From sequence record PZ379074.1: a stretch of 64,000 nt of DNA; one strand, given 5' to 3'. Shown here piece after piece: positions 1-9,975 of this stretch. Position numbers and translations under genes: made by a program. The notes under the pieces were generated by a model. That model saw only the letters and a list, made by a program, of their open reading frames with translations. It was not told the origin of the DNA and did not search any database. The stretch is from a phage. Within the stretch, counting starts at the first letter, position 1; the number at the start of each line of letters is the position of its first letter.

Positions 1-1
1 T

Positions 2-553
2 AGCAGCCTTACGTTCTGCGATGGCTTTGCGACGTTCTTCAGCTTCTTTCTTACGCTGTTCTTTCTGCTGTTCTGCAGCTTCTTTCGCCGCAATCTTAGC
101 AGCTTCACGCTCTGCCTTGCGTTTCGCTTTAGCTTCTTCTTTGGCCTTCTCTTTTTCGGCCTTCGCTGCAGCACGGGCTTGATCACGCTCAGCTTTCTTG
201 GCCGCAGCCTGCTCAGCTTTCAGGCGCTTGGCTTCTTCTTTAGCCTTTGCCTTTTCGATTTCTTTTGCTGCTTTAGCGGCTTCACGCTCTGCCTTCTTAG
301 CAGCAGCCTTTTCTGCACGCTCTTTAGCTTTCTTAGCTGCTTCTTCAGCACGCTTCTGAGCCTTCTCATCAGCAGCTTGCTTGCGTTTCAGCGCAGCTTC
401 TTCACGCTTGGCTTGTTTTTCCTGCTCACGCTTCTGGCGTTTTTCTTCGGCTTCTTTCTTTTTAGCCAGGCGTTTTTCTTCAGCCACGCGACGACGTTCT
501 GCTGCAGCTGCTTGTTTTTCTTCTTTAGATAATACTTTGATTGCTTCGGCCAT
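2..553 (-). CDS. Partial CDS (N-terminal part in window, runs off the left edge): Lys/Ala/Glu-rich low-complexity coiled-coil protein
   Basis: Minus-strand ATG at 553 preceded by AAGGA; frame checked open codon by codon to position 2; translation begins MAEAIKVLSKEEKQAAAAERRRVAEEKRLAKKKEAEE; absent from ORF track because there is no stop in the window. Confidence 0.5.
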   Translation of the reverse strand, partial: MAEAIKVLSKEEKQAAAAERRRVAEEKRLAKKKEAEEKRQKREQEKQAKREEAALKRKQAADEKAQKRAEEAAKKAKERAEKAAAKKAEREAAKAAKEIEKAKAKEEAKRLKAEQAAAKKAERDQARAAAKAEKEKAKEEAKAKRKAEREAAKIAAKEAAEQQKEQRKKEAEERRKAIAERKAA

Positions 554-712
554 ATTCACAGTCCTTAAATAAATTAGTTTATTTTATATTCCCCGTTTGG
601 GATAACTTAATTATGCCTTCAGTTGCCGCCAGTAGCAACTAAAAACTATGGCGGCAATGCCACTTTAATTAAACTGATTTTCAGTTTTATTTTTCGTAAA
701 TTTACGTCAACA

Positions 713-1897
713 TTAACGCGCTTTCAAATCACGGTACACGGTCAGATTCTTCTTGGCACGGGTGATAGCGGTGTACATCATCTTGGAGTACGGAACGCCG
801 CGCAAGATTTCTTCCAGCACGCACACATTATCCCACTCGCTGCCTTGCGATTTGTGCACCGTGATTACATAGCCATAGTCCATGCCTCCAACAGCGCGTT
901 GGGCCTCTTTGCGCACTTCCTGATCAGTAGAGAAGGAAAGAGGATTAATCTTAACCTTTATATCTTTACCATCAGTCAATGAACGCAAGTTGACATACAT
1001 TATTTCATTCGACTCATCTTCATCCCTTTCAAAGTCCGGCACTGGCTCATAGCTAATAACAATCCCTTGCTCGCCATTACAGAATCCTGGCCCGTGTTGG
1101 TTGAAGGTGCAAATAACCTTCTCACCGATTCCTGGCATTGGCGTTATACGTCCGCTCACTTGCCGTAATAATGAATTCCATTTATCTTTGGTGCTATTAT
1201 AGGAGCAAATAATTTGATCATCTTCGCCCATGAATTTCTTTAACGCAGTAACGCGCGGCGATTCTGCCAATACTTTGACGTCATCGTATTCACGCGGAGG
1301 AAGTCGGTTGCCTTGGCGCACGAAGAAGGAGGCACGGATGATGTTGGACTCTTTCCCCTGCCGCATGATTTCTGTTAACAGAACGTCAACAGCTTCTTCA
1401 GTAAAGTAGGCGGCGGCTTTTACCGGAGGGACTTGTCCAATGTCGCCTAATGCCAGCACAGGGATGCGGTGATCAAGAAGACGCTCTGTGTCCCACTCGC
1501 CAACCATCGACGCTTCATCGAGTACAACAAGGTGCGGCCTTTCATCCAGCTTTGACTTTCTCGAAAAGATTGGCTTATTGTCGTCATTCACGCCGCGCAC
1601 GTTATAGATGAACTGGTGAAGGGTCTTAGCGCCACGACAGCCTTTTTGCTTTAATCGGCTTGCAGCCTTTCCGGTCGGCGCAATATAGATAGCGCCGTAC
1701 TCACCGACACATCGGCGCACAATCTCGCGAGCAATAGAGGTTTTACCAGTCCCTGCATAGCCAGCAATGAAAAACACGCGCTTCGTCGTTTTACCGTCCT
1801 GCAATCGCTTGTACCATGCAACGGCCTTCTCGATGGCATCGATTTGTTGCGCGTTAAACTGAATCACTGGCTCATCATTAAATTCTGGAATGTTCAT
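713..1897 (-). CDS. SF1 DNA helicase, Dda/RecD-like
   Basis: 394-aa ORF; Walker A GYAGTGKTS, Walker B VVLDEASMV, C-terminal SF1 helicase motifs (VHKSQGSEWD). Confidence 0.85.
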   Translation of the reverse strand: MNIPEFNDEPVIQFNAQQIDAIEKAVAWYKRLQDGKTTKRVFFIAGYAGTGKTSIAREIVRRCVGEYGAIYIAPTGKAASRLKQKGCRGAKTLHQFIYNVRGVNDDNKPIFSRKSKLDERPHLVVLDEASMVGEWDTERLLDHRIPVLALGDIGQVPPVKAAAYFTEEAVDVLLTEIMRQGKESNIIRASFFVRQGNRLPPREYDDVKVLAESPRVTALKKFMGEDDQIICSYNSTKDKWNSLLRQVSGRITPMPGIGEKVICTFNQHGPGFCNGEQGIVISYEPVPDFERDEDESNEIMYVNLRSLTDGKDIKVKINPLSFSTDQEVRKEAQRAVGGMDYGYVITVHKSQGSEWDNVCVLEEILRGVPYSKMMYTAITRAKKNLTVYRDLKAR

Positions 1898-2223
1898 TAT
1901 AACTCCACTACGCTGTCAAGGTCCAGATATACTGGAATAAAATGGCAATCTTCTTTTCGTTCAAACATCTCACCATCAACATGGCTGAAGAAAACAGTTG
2001 TGTTTGGTATCTTCCATCCTTTCTCGTCGCGCACTAAGTACGCCATGGATTCAACAGGGATGTACAGCGATACCGGATTTGCGGCAAAAATAAATTTGAT
2101 TCTGTCTGGTTGACCCAGGAATCGCATGATTGTTAGGCTTGAATTCAATCTTGTATTAAGGAAGGACTCAACGACTCCGACGTGTGTTGCACGTTCGCGT
2201 TGCTTCGTCTCTTTTTCGTTCAT
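1897..2223 (-). CDS. Hypothetical protein
   Basis: 108-aa ORF with 4-nt start/stop overlap to the downstream helicase gene. Confidence 0.45.
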   Translation of the reverse strand: MNEKETKQRERATHVGVVESFLNTRLNSSLTIMRFLGQPDRIKFIFAANPVSLYIPVESMAYLVRDEKGWKIPNTTVFFSHVDGEMFERKEDCHFIPVYLDLDSVVEL

Positions 2224-2326
2224 TTCAGGCGACCTTTGTTAGTGCGGAAATATTTTCTGATAGTATAATTGCAGATATAGTATAAAGCAAAGTAAATCGA
2301 AATTGTGAACTAAATGGTAAATATTG

Positions 2327-2355
2327 TTGACTTTGTATCACTCAATATTATACTG
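2327..2355 (+). promoter_or_regulatory. Sigma70-like promoter candidate (TTGACT, 16-nt spacer, TATACT)
   Basis: Hexamers read directly in the divergent intergenic region upstream of the 2384 gene. Confidence 0.35.
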
Positions 2356-2383
2356 CAGGTATTGATAACCGAAGGAAAGAAAG

Positions 2384-3466
2384 ATGGCTAGTTTAAGAGA
2401 AGAAGCAAAAATAATCGAAGAGTTTTTAACAGAACTCCAAAGAGGCATTCCAGAAGATGAGCGCGTCATGACGGTGTTTGCGCCTGAAGCAACGGTACAG
2501 ACTGACGAGCGCGGCAAGAAGATTAACAGCAGCTTCTGGCCTAAGCCTTGGAAGTTGGGAAAGCCGCTGATGCAACATCAGAACGGTTACGCCTGCATAA
2601 GTTCAATGCGTAAGTCTCCCAACCCAAAGACGGGTGAGATGCGATACTGGCGTACAGAGTCGGCCTTTGGTCACGGCATGGCGATGATGGTCGACGACAT
2701 CGGTCACGGTAAAGGGTCCAAAGGCGATTTAGATTTGGAATTCTTTTTTGAGCGACTGAAGCCGACTGTCATCGTCGAGACTTCACCGAACAACCACCAG
2801 CTTTGGTACTTCTTTAAAGAACCGATTGACCATCTTATTCAGTTCAAAGCGTTCCTTGGGTCTTTCGTTAACATGGTACTCAAGAAGGGCGGCGACAACA
2901 CGATTAAAGACGTAACGCGCGTGGGCCGTGTTCCTGGGTGCATCAACAACAAGCGTGTGACTCACGACGGCCCCTATAAATATGTCGATGAGAACGGCGA
3001 CCCGTTCCGCTGCCGACTTGTCCATGCGGACTACTCATTGCGCTACACCATCGAAGACATTTGTCAGGCATTTGGCTTTCACGTCGTCATGGCGCAAAAG
3101 CGTGAGATTCAAATTGACGTCGATGAATACAAGTATGATGCTGTTTGGTATAAAATAGCCCAGCAGATTCTATCGCGCAACAAAATGGGTGAAGGGTCTG
3201 ATGGCGACGTCATCGAGAACATGTCAGGCAAGTGCCGCATAATCTGTCCTTGGGGTGAAGAACACACCAACGGCGACCCGTATGGCGCTTACTTTCGCGG
3301 CCCTATTCCTGGTGCAGAACATGAGTTTGTGTTCGGTTGCGCCCACGACTGTCACCGGAAAGGGGAAGGCAAGAAAGGTTGGACTGCTTTTGTTGAAGCA
3401 ATCGTCATGCCTTATATTGAGAATCAACTTGACATGATAAATCGTCGTGCAGGTGGCATAAAATAG
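2384..3466 (+). CDS. Putative primase-polymerase-like replication protein with C-terminal Cys/His cluster
   Basis: 360-aa ORF, RBS AAGGAAAG; MMVDDIGHG (DxD-like) and TSPNNHQLWY motifs; C-terminal CPWGEEH...CAHDCH; function is inference only. Confidence 0.5.
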   Translation: MASLREEAKIIEEFLTELQRGIPEDERVMTVFAPEATVQTDERGKKINSSFWPKPWKLGKPLMQHQNGYACISSMRKSPNPKTGEMRYWRTESAFGHGMAMMVDDIGHGKGSKGDLDLEFFFERLKPTVIVETSPNNHQLWYFFKEPIDHLIQFKAFLGSFVNMVLKKGGDNTIKDVTRVGRVPGCINNKRVTHDGPYKYVDENGDPFRCRLVHADYSLRYTIEDICQAFGFHVVMAQKREIQIDVDEYKYDAVWYKIAQQILSRNKMGEGSDGDVIENMSGKCRIICPWGEEHTNGDPYGAYFRGPIPGAEHEFVFGCAHDCHRKGEGKKGWTAFVEAIVMPYIENQLDMINRRAGGIK

Positions 3467-3524
3467 TTTGCTTTTATTTTCATAGCAACTATAATCATTT
3501 TATGAACTGAAGCAGAGGTGATTC

Positions 3525-3671
3525 ATGCAAAGCGAAGAATTGAACATCGAGGTTGAATGTCTGTTAAAGTCGTTAGAACCTAAACCAGCAGAGCTTCCGA
3601 CCCTTCAAGGAGTCATGGCTCACCATCAAGCGGCTGCGGCCCAACACTACTCTGAATTTGTTAAGGAATAA
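3525..3671 (+). CDS. Small hypothetical protein (48 aa)
   Basis: ATG preceded by GAGGTG; packed between flanking genes; below ORF-track size cutoff. Confidence 0.35.
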   Translation: MQSEELNIEVECLLKSLEPKPAELPTLQGVMAHHQAAAAQHYSEFVKE

Positions 3672-3673
3672 AA

Positions 3674-3964
3674 ATGAACGAACCAAAAATGATGACCGTT
3701 GAAGAAGCACAAAATCTTCGTGTTGAAAACGAGCTTAAGCTTGTCAACCAGATTCTTCCTTTGTTTGCAGGCTACGCAGTGGAGGAAGTTGTTGGGGCAA
3801 TCCTTAACGTATCCACGCATGTCGCTATGAATCTTCAGGCCGAACGATTCAATACGCTGCTGACTATTAAAAACCTTACGGTCAGTGCAACGTTCACCGT
3901 TGAGCCAGTCAATTTTGACGAAGCTTCAGCCGCGATTCAACAGCAAAGAGATCAAGAGGTGTAG
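3674..3964 (+). CDS. Hypothetical protein
   Basis: 96-aa ORF, RBS AAGGAA. Confidence 0.5.
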   Translation: MNEPKMMTVEEAQNLRVENELKLVNQILPLFAGYAVEEVVGAILNVSTHVAMNLQAERFNTLLTIKNLTVSATFTVEPVNFDEASAAIQQQRDQEV

Positions 3965-3965
3965 C

Positions 3966-4229
3966 ATGGGTGCTTTCCGTAACGAGTTCACCTGGAACGT
4001 TACCAGCAATCTCTCGACTTGTCCTAACTGTGCAAGCGATGTTATCAAGGTGCGGCAGCATCGCAACGCGGAGGAAGGTGCCTGGGAAGATGGCGACCTT
4101 GTAGAGTGCCAGTGCTGCTCTCATGAAGGCGTTGTGGAGCTTTACGCTGGCGAAGGTTGCCCACCAGCAGAGCGCACAGCACGCGTTGAATGGGATGCAA
4201 CAGACTCCATTGGTGATCCTCAACAGTAA
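3966..4229 (+). CDS. Hypothetical Cys-rich (zinc-ribbon-like) protein
   Basis: ATG at 3966 after AGAGGTG; CPNC ... CQCCSHEG motifs. Confidence 0.5.
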   Translation: MGAFRNEFTWNVTSNLSTCPNCASDVIKVRQHRNAEEGAWEDGDLVECQCCSHEGVVELYAGEGCPPAERTARVEWDATDSIGDPQQ

Positions 4230-4247
4230 ATTTAGGTATAGATACTT

Positions 4248-4352
4248 ATGAAAGCCGTAAAGAAATACACATTAATCATTTCCCTTGTCATCATCCTGGG
4301 GCTATTATATGTATTGGATATGGCATATTATTTGGCAGGGGTGAGTGGATGA
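4248..4352 (+). CDS. Small hydrophobic peptide (34 aa)
   Basis: MKAVKKYTLIISLVIILGLLYVLD: single TM-like segment; ATGA overlap with next gene. Confidence 0.3.
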   Translation: MKAVKKYTLIISLVIILGLLYVLDMAYYLAGVSG

Positions 4353-4639
4353 ATATTGTAATTCTTTATGGTGAAAATATCAGCGATGACGACATCGAAG
4401 TTGCCGTTGATGTTTACGGTATCGATGAGGTGAAACGTGTTGAAGAAATTAGTGGCGCAAATCTCAATGAGATTGTCAAAGAAGCTGGCTGTCCTTCGGA
4501 AGAGATTCTGGTGGTTACTAACGATGACCTGTCTTCTATGGATCATTTGCGCCGCATCTTCACCGATTGCCAATACCTTCATGCTGTTCAATCAGTAAAC
4601 AAATTGAGAAAGGCATACGCCAACCAATTTCCTTGCTGA
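4349..4639 (+). CDS. Hypothetical acidic protein
   Basis: 96-aa ORF, translationally coupled. Confidence 0.5.
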   Translation: MNIVILYGENISDDDIEVAVDVYGIDEVKRVEEISGANLNEIVKEAGCPSEEILVVTNDDLSSMDHLRRIFTDCQYLHAVQSVNKLRKAYANQFPC

Positions 4640-4775
4640 TAGTTCACCAGTTATATTGCTTTAAATTGAGTTTTACTATATTAATATACAACGCCAGAAA
4701 TCTGGCGTTTATTTACCGCACCCTGAAAGGATATATCCATGCAACAATATAACAAAGCCGTATCAGGAGGATTAA

Positions 4776-6446
4776 ATGTCAATTGAACATGACAATCTTC
4801 CAGAGGATACAGGTGATGAATTTGGTGCAATCTTTGACGAAATTCAAGACGCTGGTGTTTCAGAAGAGATGCAAGCGGCAGAGCAGCAAGGCACCAGAGC
4901 TAAAATCAGCCTCCAGCATAAGGCTGTTGAGAAAGATGCAGAGCGCATGGAATGCTACGGTGAAGAAGACTTGGTTGAAAGAGCACGCTTGCTCGCCTCA
5001 CTTCAGGTAATCAAGTTCCCTCACTACAAGCCTACCAAAGATGACTTCGTTCTACAGGCAGACCGGACGAGTGACATGAACCGTTATGCGGTTTTCGACG
5101 CGTTGTTTGATAAGGGAAGTGGCATTGTTCCATTCCCTCACAAAGATACTTTTCGTGGGCGCTTAGTCGACCATCGCGGCGAAACATTCACTGACCGTAC
5201 CTTGGAAGTCACAGAGATAGTTGCCGCTGTCGACGCAGCAGGACTGTCTAACCCAAACTCACGTCAGGTCGCTCAATCCTATAAGGAATGGGCCATGCGT
5301 TATCAGCGCGACGACCTGATGGACTTCTTCTACAAGAAGCTTCCTGAATGGGACGGTACTGCGCGCATTGAAAAATACCTTATCGAGCTATTCCGACCGT
5401 TCGATACAGAGTTAAACCGACAAATCGGTGTGTATTTTTGGCTATCGCTCTACAACCGCCTGACAAACCCTGGATGTCAAGCGCCAATCTCCATCGCGCT
5501 CATCGGCGGCCAGAACGCAGGGAAGAGTTATTTTAGTAAGCTACTTTGCGAAGCTATTATGAACGACCGCCACGCAACACCGATTCCGTTGAACTTGGCC
5601 GCGCAGAACTTCAACCCGTTCTTGCGAGCTATTACGGGTCGCTCAATTATCGCGAACGTTGGCGAGATGACAGGCTTTAAAAAGGCTGACATCGAAAACA
5701 TGAAAGCATTCCTGACTAAGACGGAAGATGACCTGGACTTCAAATTTGAAGATACGCAGGTGAAACCACGCCAGTGGATTGCTATCATGGACGGCAACGA
5801 ATACGCAGGCATGCAGCGTGACGACACAGGCAACCGTCGTGTGTACCCTATCTTTGTTGGCCAACTCGCTGACAAGGACGGGCAACCGAACTGGTCCAAA
5901 GACTTCCAAGCTGACCTTTCCACTTTGAAAGAAGACGTTTGGCAGTTGATGGCTGAGTGTGCTGCGTGGATGGAGAAGCACGGTGAAGCAGGTTACAACG
6001 CGTTTGTTGGTGAAACATCTCGCATGCTTACTGAGTTCAGTAAAAACGAAATGGAACGCGCTCGCGGCGTTATCCGTGATGAGATGGTGGACAACGACCT
6101 TGTTGAAGTCGTCATCACCGCGCCTTATGACCGACATCACAGCGGACGCTGGCACATCACCAGTGGTGCTATTGCTATGGGATTCAGAGCGAAATGCGGC
6201 AAGTCGCCTTTCTCTCGTACCCTTGCGCCGCACATGTCAAAGCTTGGCTTTGAGCCTGCTACCTATCGCAACCAGCGCGGTTACTTTACGCCGCTGATTA
6301 AGAATGAAGCAGGGGAATACATTTCTGATTTGATGACTATCTTAGCGTATCTTATCCGCGACGAGTCTGACCCTGAAGATATTGAATTCTTGAAGAAGGT
6401 TATTGAACGCAAACGTTCTTTAGGAAGAGATAAGGATGAATTCTGA
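4776..6446 (+). CDS. P-loop NTPase, VirE/primase-associated helicase-like
   Basis: 556-aa ORF with strong RBS AGGAGG; Walker A GGQNAGKS; position downstream of the primase-polymerase-like gene. Confidence 0.7.
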   Translation: MSIEHDNLPEDTGDEFGAIFDEIQDAGVSEEMQAAEQQGTRAKISLQHKAVEKDAERMECYGEEDLVERARLLASLQVIKFPHYKPTKDDFVLQADRTSDMNRYAVFDALFDKGSGIVPFPHKDTFRGRLVDHRGETFTDRTLEVTEIVAAVDAAGLSNPNSRQVAQSYKEWAMRYQRDDLMDFFYKKLPEWDGTARIEKYLIELFRPFDTELNRQIGVYFWLSLYNRLTNPGCQAPISIALIGGQNAGKSYFSKLLCEAIMNDRHATPIPLNLAAQNFNPFLRAITGRSIIANVGEMTGFKKADIENMKAFLTKTEDDLDFKFEDTQVKPRQWIAIMDGNEYAGMQRDDTGNRRVYPIFVGQLADKDGQPNWSKDFQADLSTLKEDVWQLMAECAAWMEKHGEAGYNAFVGETSRMLTEFSKNEMERARGVIRDEMVDNDLVEVVITAPYDRHHSGRWHITSGAIAMGFRAKCGKSPFSRTLAPHMSKLGFEPATYRNQRGYFTPLIKNEAGEYISDLMTILAYLIRDESDPEDIEFLKKVIERKRSLGRDKDEF

Positions 6447-7093
6447 TGAATAAAGCAATCAACATCGCTAAATTCTTTCAACATCTCGGTGAACTGAACA
6501 AAGAGAGTGACGTTCACGGAGAAGAAATGAACCGGATGATTTCAACCGTGTTGCGTGGTTTTGGTTACGATAAGGACTCAATCACCTGTAAGCGCACGAA
6601 GCTTGTCGATGAGACATACCTTTACTACGTTGAATTGCGCGTAGGCAAAGATTTGATGATCATCGACCCTAAATTGGAAGGGGCGCACTGTTTTGGCGCT
6701 CACCCTCGTGCGAGTGAATTCAAGGGTCGCGGTCGCAACCGACTCCAGAAGCTTGATGATGCAGGCGACCTGAACATCTCGATGTTCCTCAAAGAGTTCC
6801 TTGCACTGCCGAAGGTTGCATCTTCAACGGGCCGTGATGACCTGTGCAAGATTGGATTCAGAACTAAAGATTTGCGCAATGCGCTACGCAAGAAGGGATT
6901 TGTGCCTTCTTATGATAACGTCGCCGCGCTGATGGCTTCCATGGAGGAAGCTGAAGCGATGGATAAAGTGCGCGGCTATTTCCTGAATACAGGCTACACA
7001 ATGTATGAGTGGCACACCAAAGGATTGACGGTCGCCGACTTCATCTATTCATTAGAGCAGAAGTATGTACGCAATATGCAGGCCACAGGATAA
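6446..7093 (+). CDS. Hypothetical protein
   Basis: 215-aa ORF, ATGA overlap with upstream gene. Confidence 0.55.
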   Translation: MNKAINIAKFFQHLGELNKESDVHGEEMNRMISTVLRGFGYDKDSITCKRTKLVDETYLYYVELRVGKDLMIIDPKLEGAHCFGAHPRASEFKGRGRNRLQKLDDAGDLNISMFLKEFLALPKVASSTGRDDLCKIGFRTKDLRNALRKKGFVPSYDNVAALMASMEEAEAMDKVRGYFLNTGYTMYEWHTKGLTVADFIYSLEQKYVRNMQATG

Positions 7094-7132
7094 TTATCAT
7101 CAAAATATTTGCTTTTCTGACGAGGTGATATT

Positions 7133-7357
7133 ATGATTAATTTAGACAGGATTGAGTTAGCACTTAGTACCTTAATCAAATATTACCAGTTTGCTTTTAA
7201 GGCTAGTTTATTTGGCTTGTTCAATCCTCATCAAGCAGCAAAGGCGCGAAGCAATGCCAACCGCCTGCGCTGCACTGGTATAGTCATCCACGACCGGATA
7301 TTGACAGAGGGTAGATTCAGCCATGAATACACAAGGGAGAATAACAAAGCAACGTAG
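7133..7357 (+). CDS. Hypothetical protein
   Basis: 74-aa ORF, RBS GAGGTGA. Confidence 0.4.
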   Translation: MINLDRIELALSTLIKYYQFAFKASLFGLFNPHQAAKARSNANRLRCTGIVIHDRILTEGRFSHEYTRENNKAT

Positions 7358-7528
7358 GGCTTTACAAGTCCTCATCCACTACCTGACACGCCTTTATCCT
7401 ACGGCGCACGAGCAGAATCCATCAACTGGTCACCTGTTTAAGCGCCGTAACCTTTCGTTGAAAACATTCGCTTTAATCCAATACGACCGATACCTGGACG
7501 GGCGCTACTGCGGCCCGAAGGACTCACT

Positions 7529-7807
7529 ATGATTTCTACATACAAAGTGTTCTTTGTCAAGTGCACGTCATCGATTGATGACCAGTTTACTGCTGGAAAG
7601 AATTATCCCGTGATTTCTGAGTCAAGACTAGATATAATCTTGAACGATCATGAAATCTATGAGCCGATGCCGGCAACTGCGTTTGATGTTATCGGTCACG
7701 TTCGGATTAAGACGAATGTTGAAACGATGCACGACCCGTTGTTCAAGAAGCAAATTAAGAATGCCATGCAAGACTTTTGCGCGGCTATGTTTAAATATTA
7801 TAAGTGA
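7529..7807 (+). CDS. Hypothetical protein
   Basis: 92-aa ORF in the early-gene array. Confidence 0.45.
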   Translation: MISTYKVFFVKCTSSIDDQFTAGKNYPVISESRLDIILNDHEIYEPMPATAFDVIGHVRIKTNVETMHDPLFKKQIKNAMQDFCAAMFKYYK

Positions 7808-7814
7808 GTTGAAG

Positions 7815-8036
7815 ATGAGCAAGAAAACTCTTAAGGCTGGGGACCGCATCCGTTGGATGTCAGGACAGAATATGCGCGCAGGCACCATCCTTGAGCTGGA
7901 TCAATACCTTACTGATTCGCGCGGTCGCAATCACTATCGCGTTCGAATCGATACGGTAAAAGAAGATGACAAGTCACTGGTTGGTGAAGTAGTCATCGTT
8001 ACTCCACGTCAAATTAAGGCGGCTTGTGAAGCATGA
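7815..8036 (+). CDS. Hypothetical protein
   Basis: 73-aa reading from internal ATG of track ORF 7650..8036 (MSKKTLKAGD...). Confidence 0.4.
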   Translation: MSKKTLKAGDRIRWMSGQNMRAGTILELDQYLTDSRGRNHYRVRIDTVKEDDKSLVGEVVIVTPRQIKAACEA

Positions 8037-8188
8037 ATAAATTTCAGTTTAACGATAACAAGATTAGTAAAGCGGACGCAATCAAGCAGCTTCGCCGCGT
8101 ACTTGAAGCCAGCGGCCATACAAAAGAGCGCGCACGCGTCTTAGCCAAAGAACATTATAAACGTTTTGTGTCACAAATCAGAGGTTAA
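8033..8188 (+). CDS. Small hypothetical protein (51 aa)
   Basis: ATGA overlap with upstream stop; fills the gap before 8191. Confidence 0.35.
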   Translation: MNKFQFNDNKISKADAIKQLRRVLEASGHTKERARVLAKEHYKRFVSQIRG

Positions 8189-8190
8189 TT

Positions 8191-8673
8191 ATGATCATCC
8201 ATCGCCCTTTAATGTTAAGTAAATCAGAAGCCGCAATTATTTTAGCGGCAGCAAGTCAATGCGACGTCCCAATGCCATTAAGGATGAAAATAAATACATT
8301 TATCGACAACGAGTTTGCAGGTGTTGAGTCATTCAATATCTTACCGCCAACAAAAAGGCATGTTGAAAGACTTGTCCATCATCAATCACGTTGCGTAAAA
8401 GTTCCTATTAAAACTTATGTTGATAAAAAGCCGCGCCTTAAACCTGTTCCGGCTGATAAAATAGAAGTCGGTGATGTTATCGTCTGCGTATATTACGGCA
8501 GTCAGATTTTCAATGCTGTTGTAGTAAGACGATACAGCATAAACGGCTGCCAATACATGGAAGTGACAAACGCAAAGAAAGAACCTGGCAGCTTGAACGT
8601 GGCTTATGCATTAAGGGAATTCAGCAGCCCTTCTTGCACTCTTTATAAGGTACTCGACCATGGCTCATGTTAA
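8191..8673 (+). CDS. Hypothetical protein
   Basis: 160-aa ORF, RBS AGAGG. Confidence 0.5.
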   Translation: MIIHRPLMLSKSEAAIILAAASQCDVPMPLRMKINTFIDNEFAGVESFNILPPTKRHVERLVHHQSRCVKVPIKTYVDKKPRLKPVPADKIEVGDVIVCVYYGSQIFNAVVVRRYSINGCQYMEVTNAKKEPGSLNVAYALREFSSPSCTLYKVLDHGSC

Positions 8674-9007
8674 AGATGAAACGCTGTATGGCGCAGAGAT
8701 CAAGAAGCGTGTGCGTGAGATGGCTGAAGGCGGAACATTGCTACCGCCGCGAGTCCGCTGCGACCACGTGATTGGCGTATCCGGCACGAAGGAGATTGGC
8801 GTGTTGGTGAAAGACATTCGCGTTGGGGATGTCATGGTCATCGACCGACAAGCGCGAGTCGTTATCCAGGTGCAACCGAACGATGATGAAGGCTGTGTCC
8901 TATTGAAGCTGAAGAAGCTTTCATCCAGCCCAGCAAAGGCCGTCATCAAGAAGGTCTGGCCCGAAGGATTACGCAAACTCATTCGTCGACCAGTGGAGAA
9001 TGTGTAA
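8660..9007 (+). CDS. Hypothetical protein
   Basis: 115-aa ORF. Confidence 0.5.
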   Translation: MAHVKDETLYGAEIKKRVREMAEGGTLLPPRVRCDHVIGVSGTKEIGVLVKDIRVGDVMVIDRQARVVIQVQPNDDEGCVLLKLKKLSSSPAKAVIKKVWPEGLRKLIRRPVENV

Positions 9008-9243
9008 TGGAAGATTATATCAACGCTATGTATATGGCATTCTATGTCGTGCAACTTCCCAATGGCGCGGTATTTTATGGCGAGTATACCTTTGACGTTC
9101 AATATGACGTTTCAGAGCGTACAGTGTTAACAAGGGAGTTGATTGCGGACCTTAAGGGCGACATCAAGCGCGTCGCGCGGCAGCAGTTCAATTTGGATGA
9201 CACCGTCATCGTTCGAATTACCGGAATAACAGAGGTGCAATAA
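9007..9243 (+). CDS. Hypothetical protein
   Basis: 78-aa ORF, start overlaps upstream stop. Confidence 0.5.
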   Translation: MEDYINAMYMAFYVVQLPNGAVFYGEYTFDVQYDVSERTVLTRELIADLKGDIKRVARQQFNLDDTVIVRITGITEVQ

Positions 9244-9572
9244 TGACCCGTGATCAGATACTCGCCGCGCATGAGCGTGGATTGATAAAGGAAGTTTGGA
9301 AGAAGGCCAATGCCTTTGCTGATTCTTATTACTTCTTAAAGAAGTGCATAAAAGAAAATGCAAGAATGGGCAACACGGTATTGACTTTCAATCTTCTATC
9401 TTATGGTGATAAGCTTAATGCAATATGCGCTTGTCGTCTCACCAGTATGAAATTTGAGAGATTGGGTGACGGAGAGTTGACCATCTATCGATTCTCCCAC
9501 AGGACGGGAGATACAAAGATAACAAGGACGCGTGACCAGATAGAGATTGACCTGCTCCACTATGTAAAATGA
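9243..9572 (+). CDS. Hypothetical protein
   Basis: 109-aa ORF, start overlaps upstream stop. Confidence 0.5.
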   Translation: MTRDQILAAHERGLIKEVWKKANAFADSYYFLKKCIKENARMGNTVLTFNLLSYGDKLNAICACRLTSMKFERLGDGELTIYRFSHRTGDTKITRTRDQIEIDLLHYVK

Positions 9573-9576
9573 ATAT

Positions 9577-9656
9577 CAAAAAGGTGAGCTGAATGCTTGC
9601 CTTTTCTTTTATCAATACTTATACTCTTTTCATCAAGACTAACAAGTGAGGTGAAT
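9577..9656 (+). repeat. Intergenic cassette copy 1: hairpin plus U-tract (terminator-like) followed by TATACT -10-like element
   Basis: AAAAAGGTGAGCTGAATGCTTGCCTTTTCTTTTATC...TTCATCAAG; near-identical to 10829-10904. Confidence 0.5.
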
Positions 9657-9657
9657 T

Positions 9658-9975
9658 ATGATTTACTTAGGAATGGACGAGGGTGCTTACAAAGACCTTT
9701 CAAGGGTGCCAAACGTTAAGTTAGACACAGCTGTACACATCAAGCCTTGGCCAATCGCCCACCCAGACGTAGTTGTACCAGTCGCTCCTGGCACGCGTTA
9801 CGTGGCCATTGATGACGACGGAGTCATTCACTGTTATTCGGAAAAACCAAAGTATATAGAGCAATATCACGGTTGGTTCTTGGACGAGCGTGCAATGGCG
9901 CGTTACTGCGGCGAAGTCGGTCTGGAAGGCTGGAGCTTCAAGGCTAGTGAATCGTGTGTCGAGGTGCAATTATGA
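9658..9975 (+). CDS. Hypothetical protein
   Basis: 105-aa ORF, RBS GAGGTG. Confidence 0.55.
   Translation: MIYLGMDEGAYKDLSRVPNVKLDTAVHIKPWPIAHPDVVVPVAPGTRYVAIDDDGVIHCYSEKPKYIEQYHGWFLDERAMARYCGEVGLEGWSFKASESCVEVQL

Noticed and set aside
179-572. Plus-strand track ORFs 179..532 and 381..572 (Phe/Leu/Ser/Cys-rich)
   Set aside because: Low-complexity antisense translation of the K/A/E-rich minus-strand gene; no RBS.
623-982. Plus-strand ORF 623..982
   Set aside because: Lies antisense within the well-supported helicase gene.
5528-6297. Track ORFs 5528..5923 (-), 5643..6233 (-), 5959..6297 (+)
   Set aside because: Overlap or lie antisense to the VirE-like NTPase gene; no independent support.
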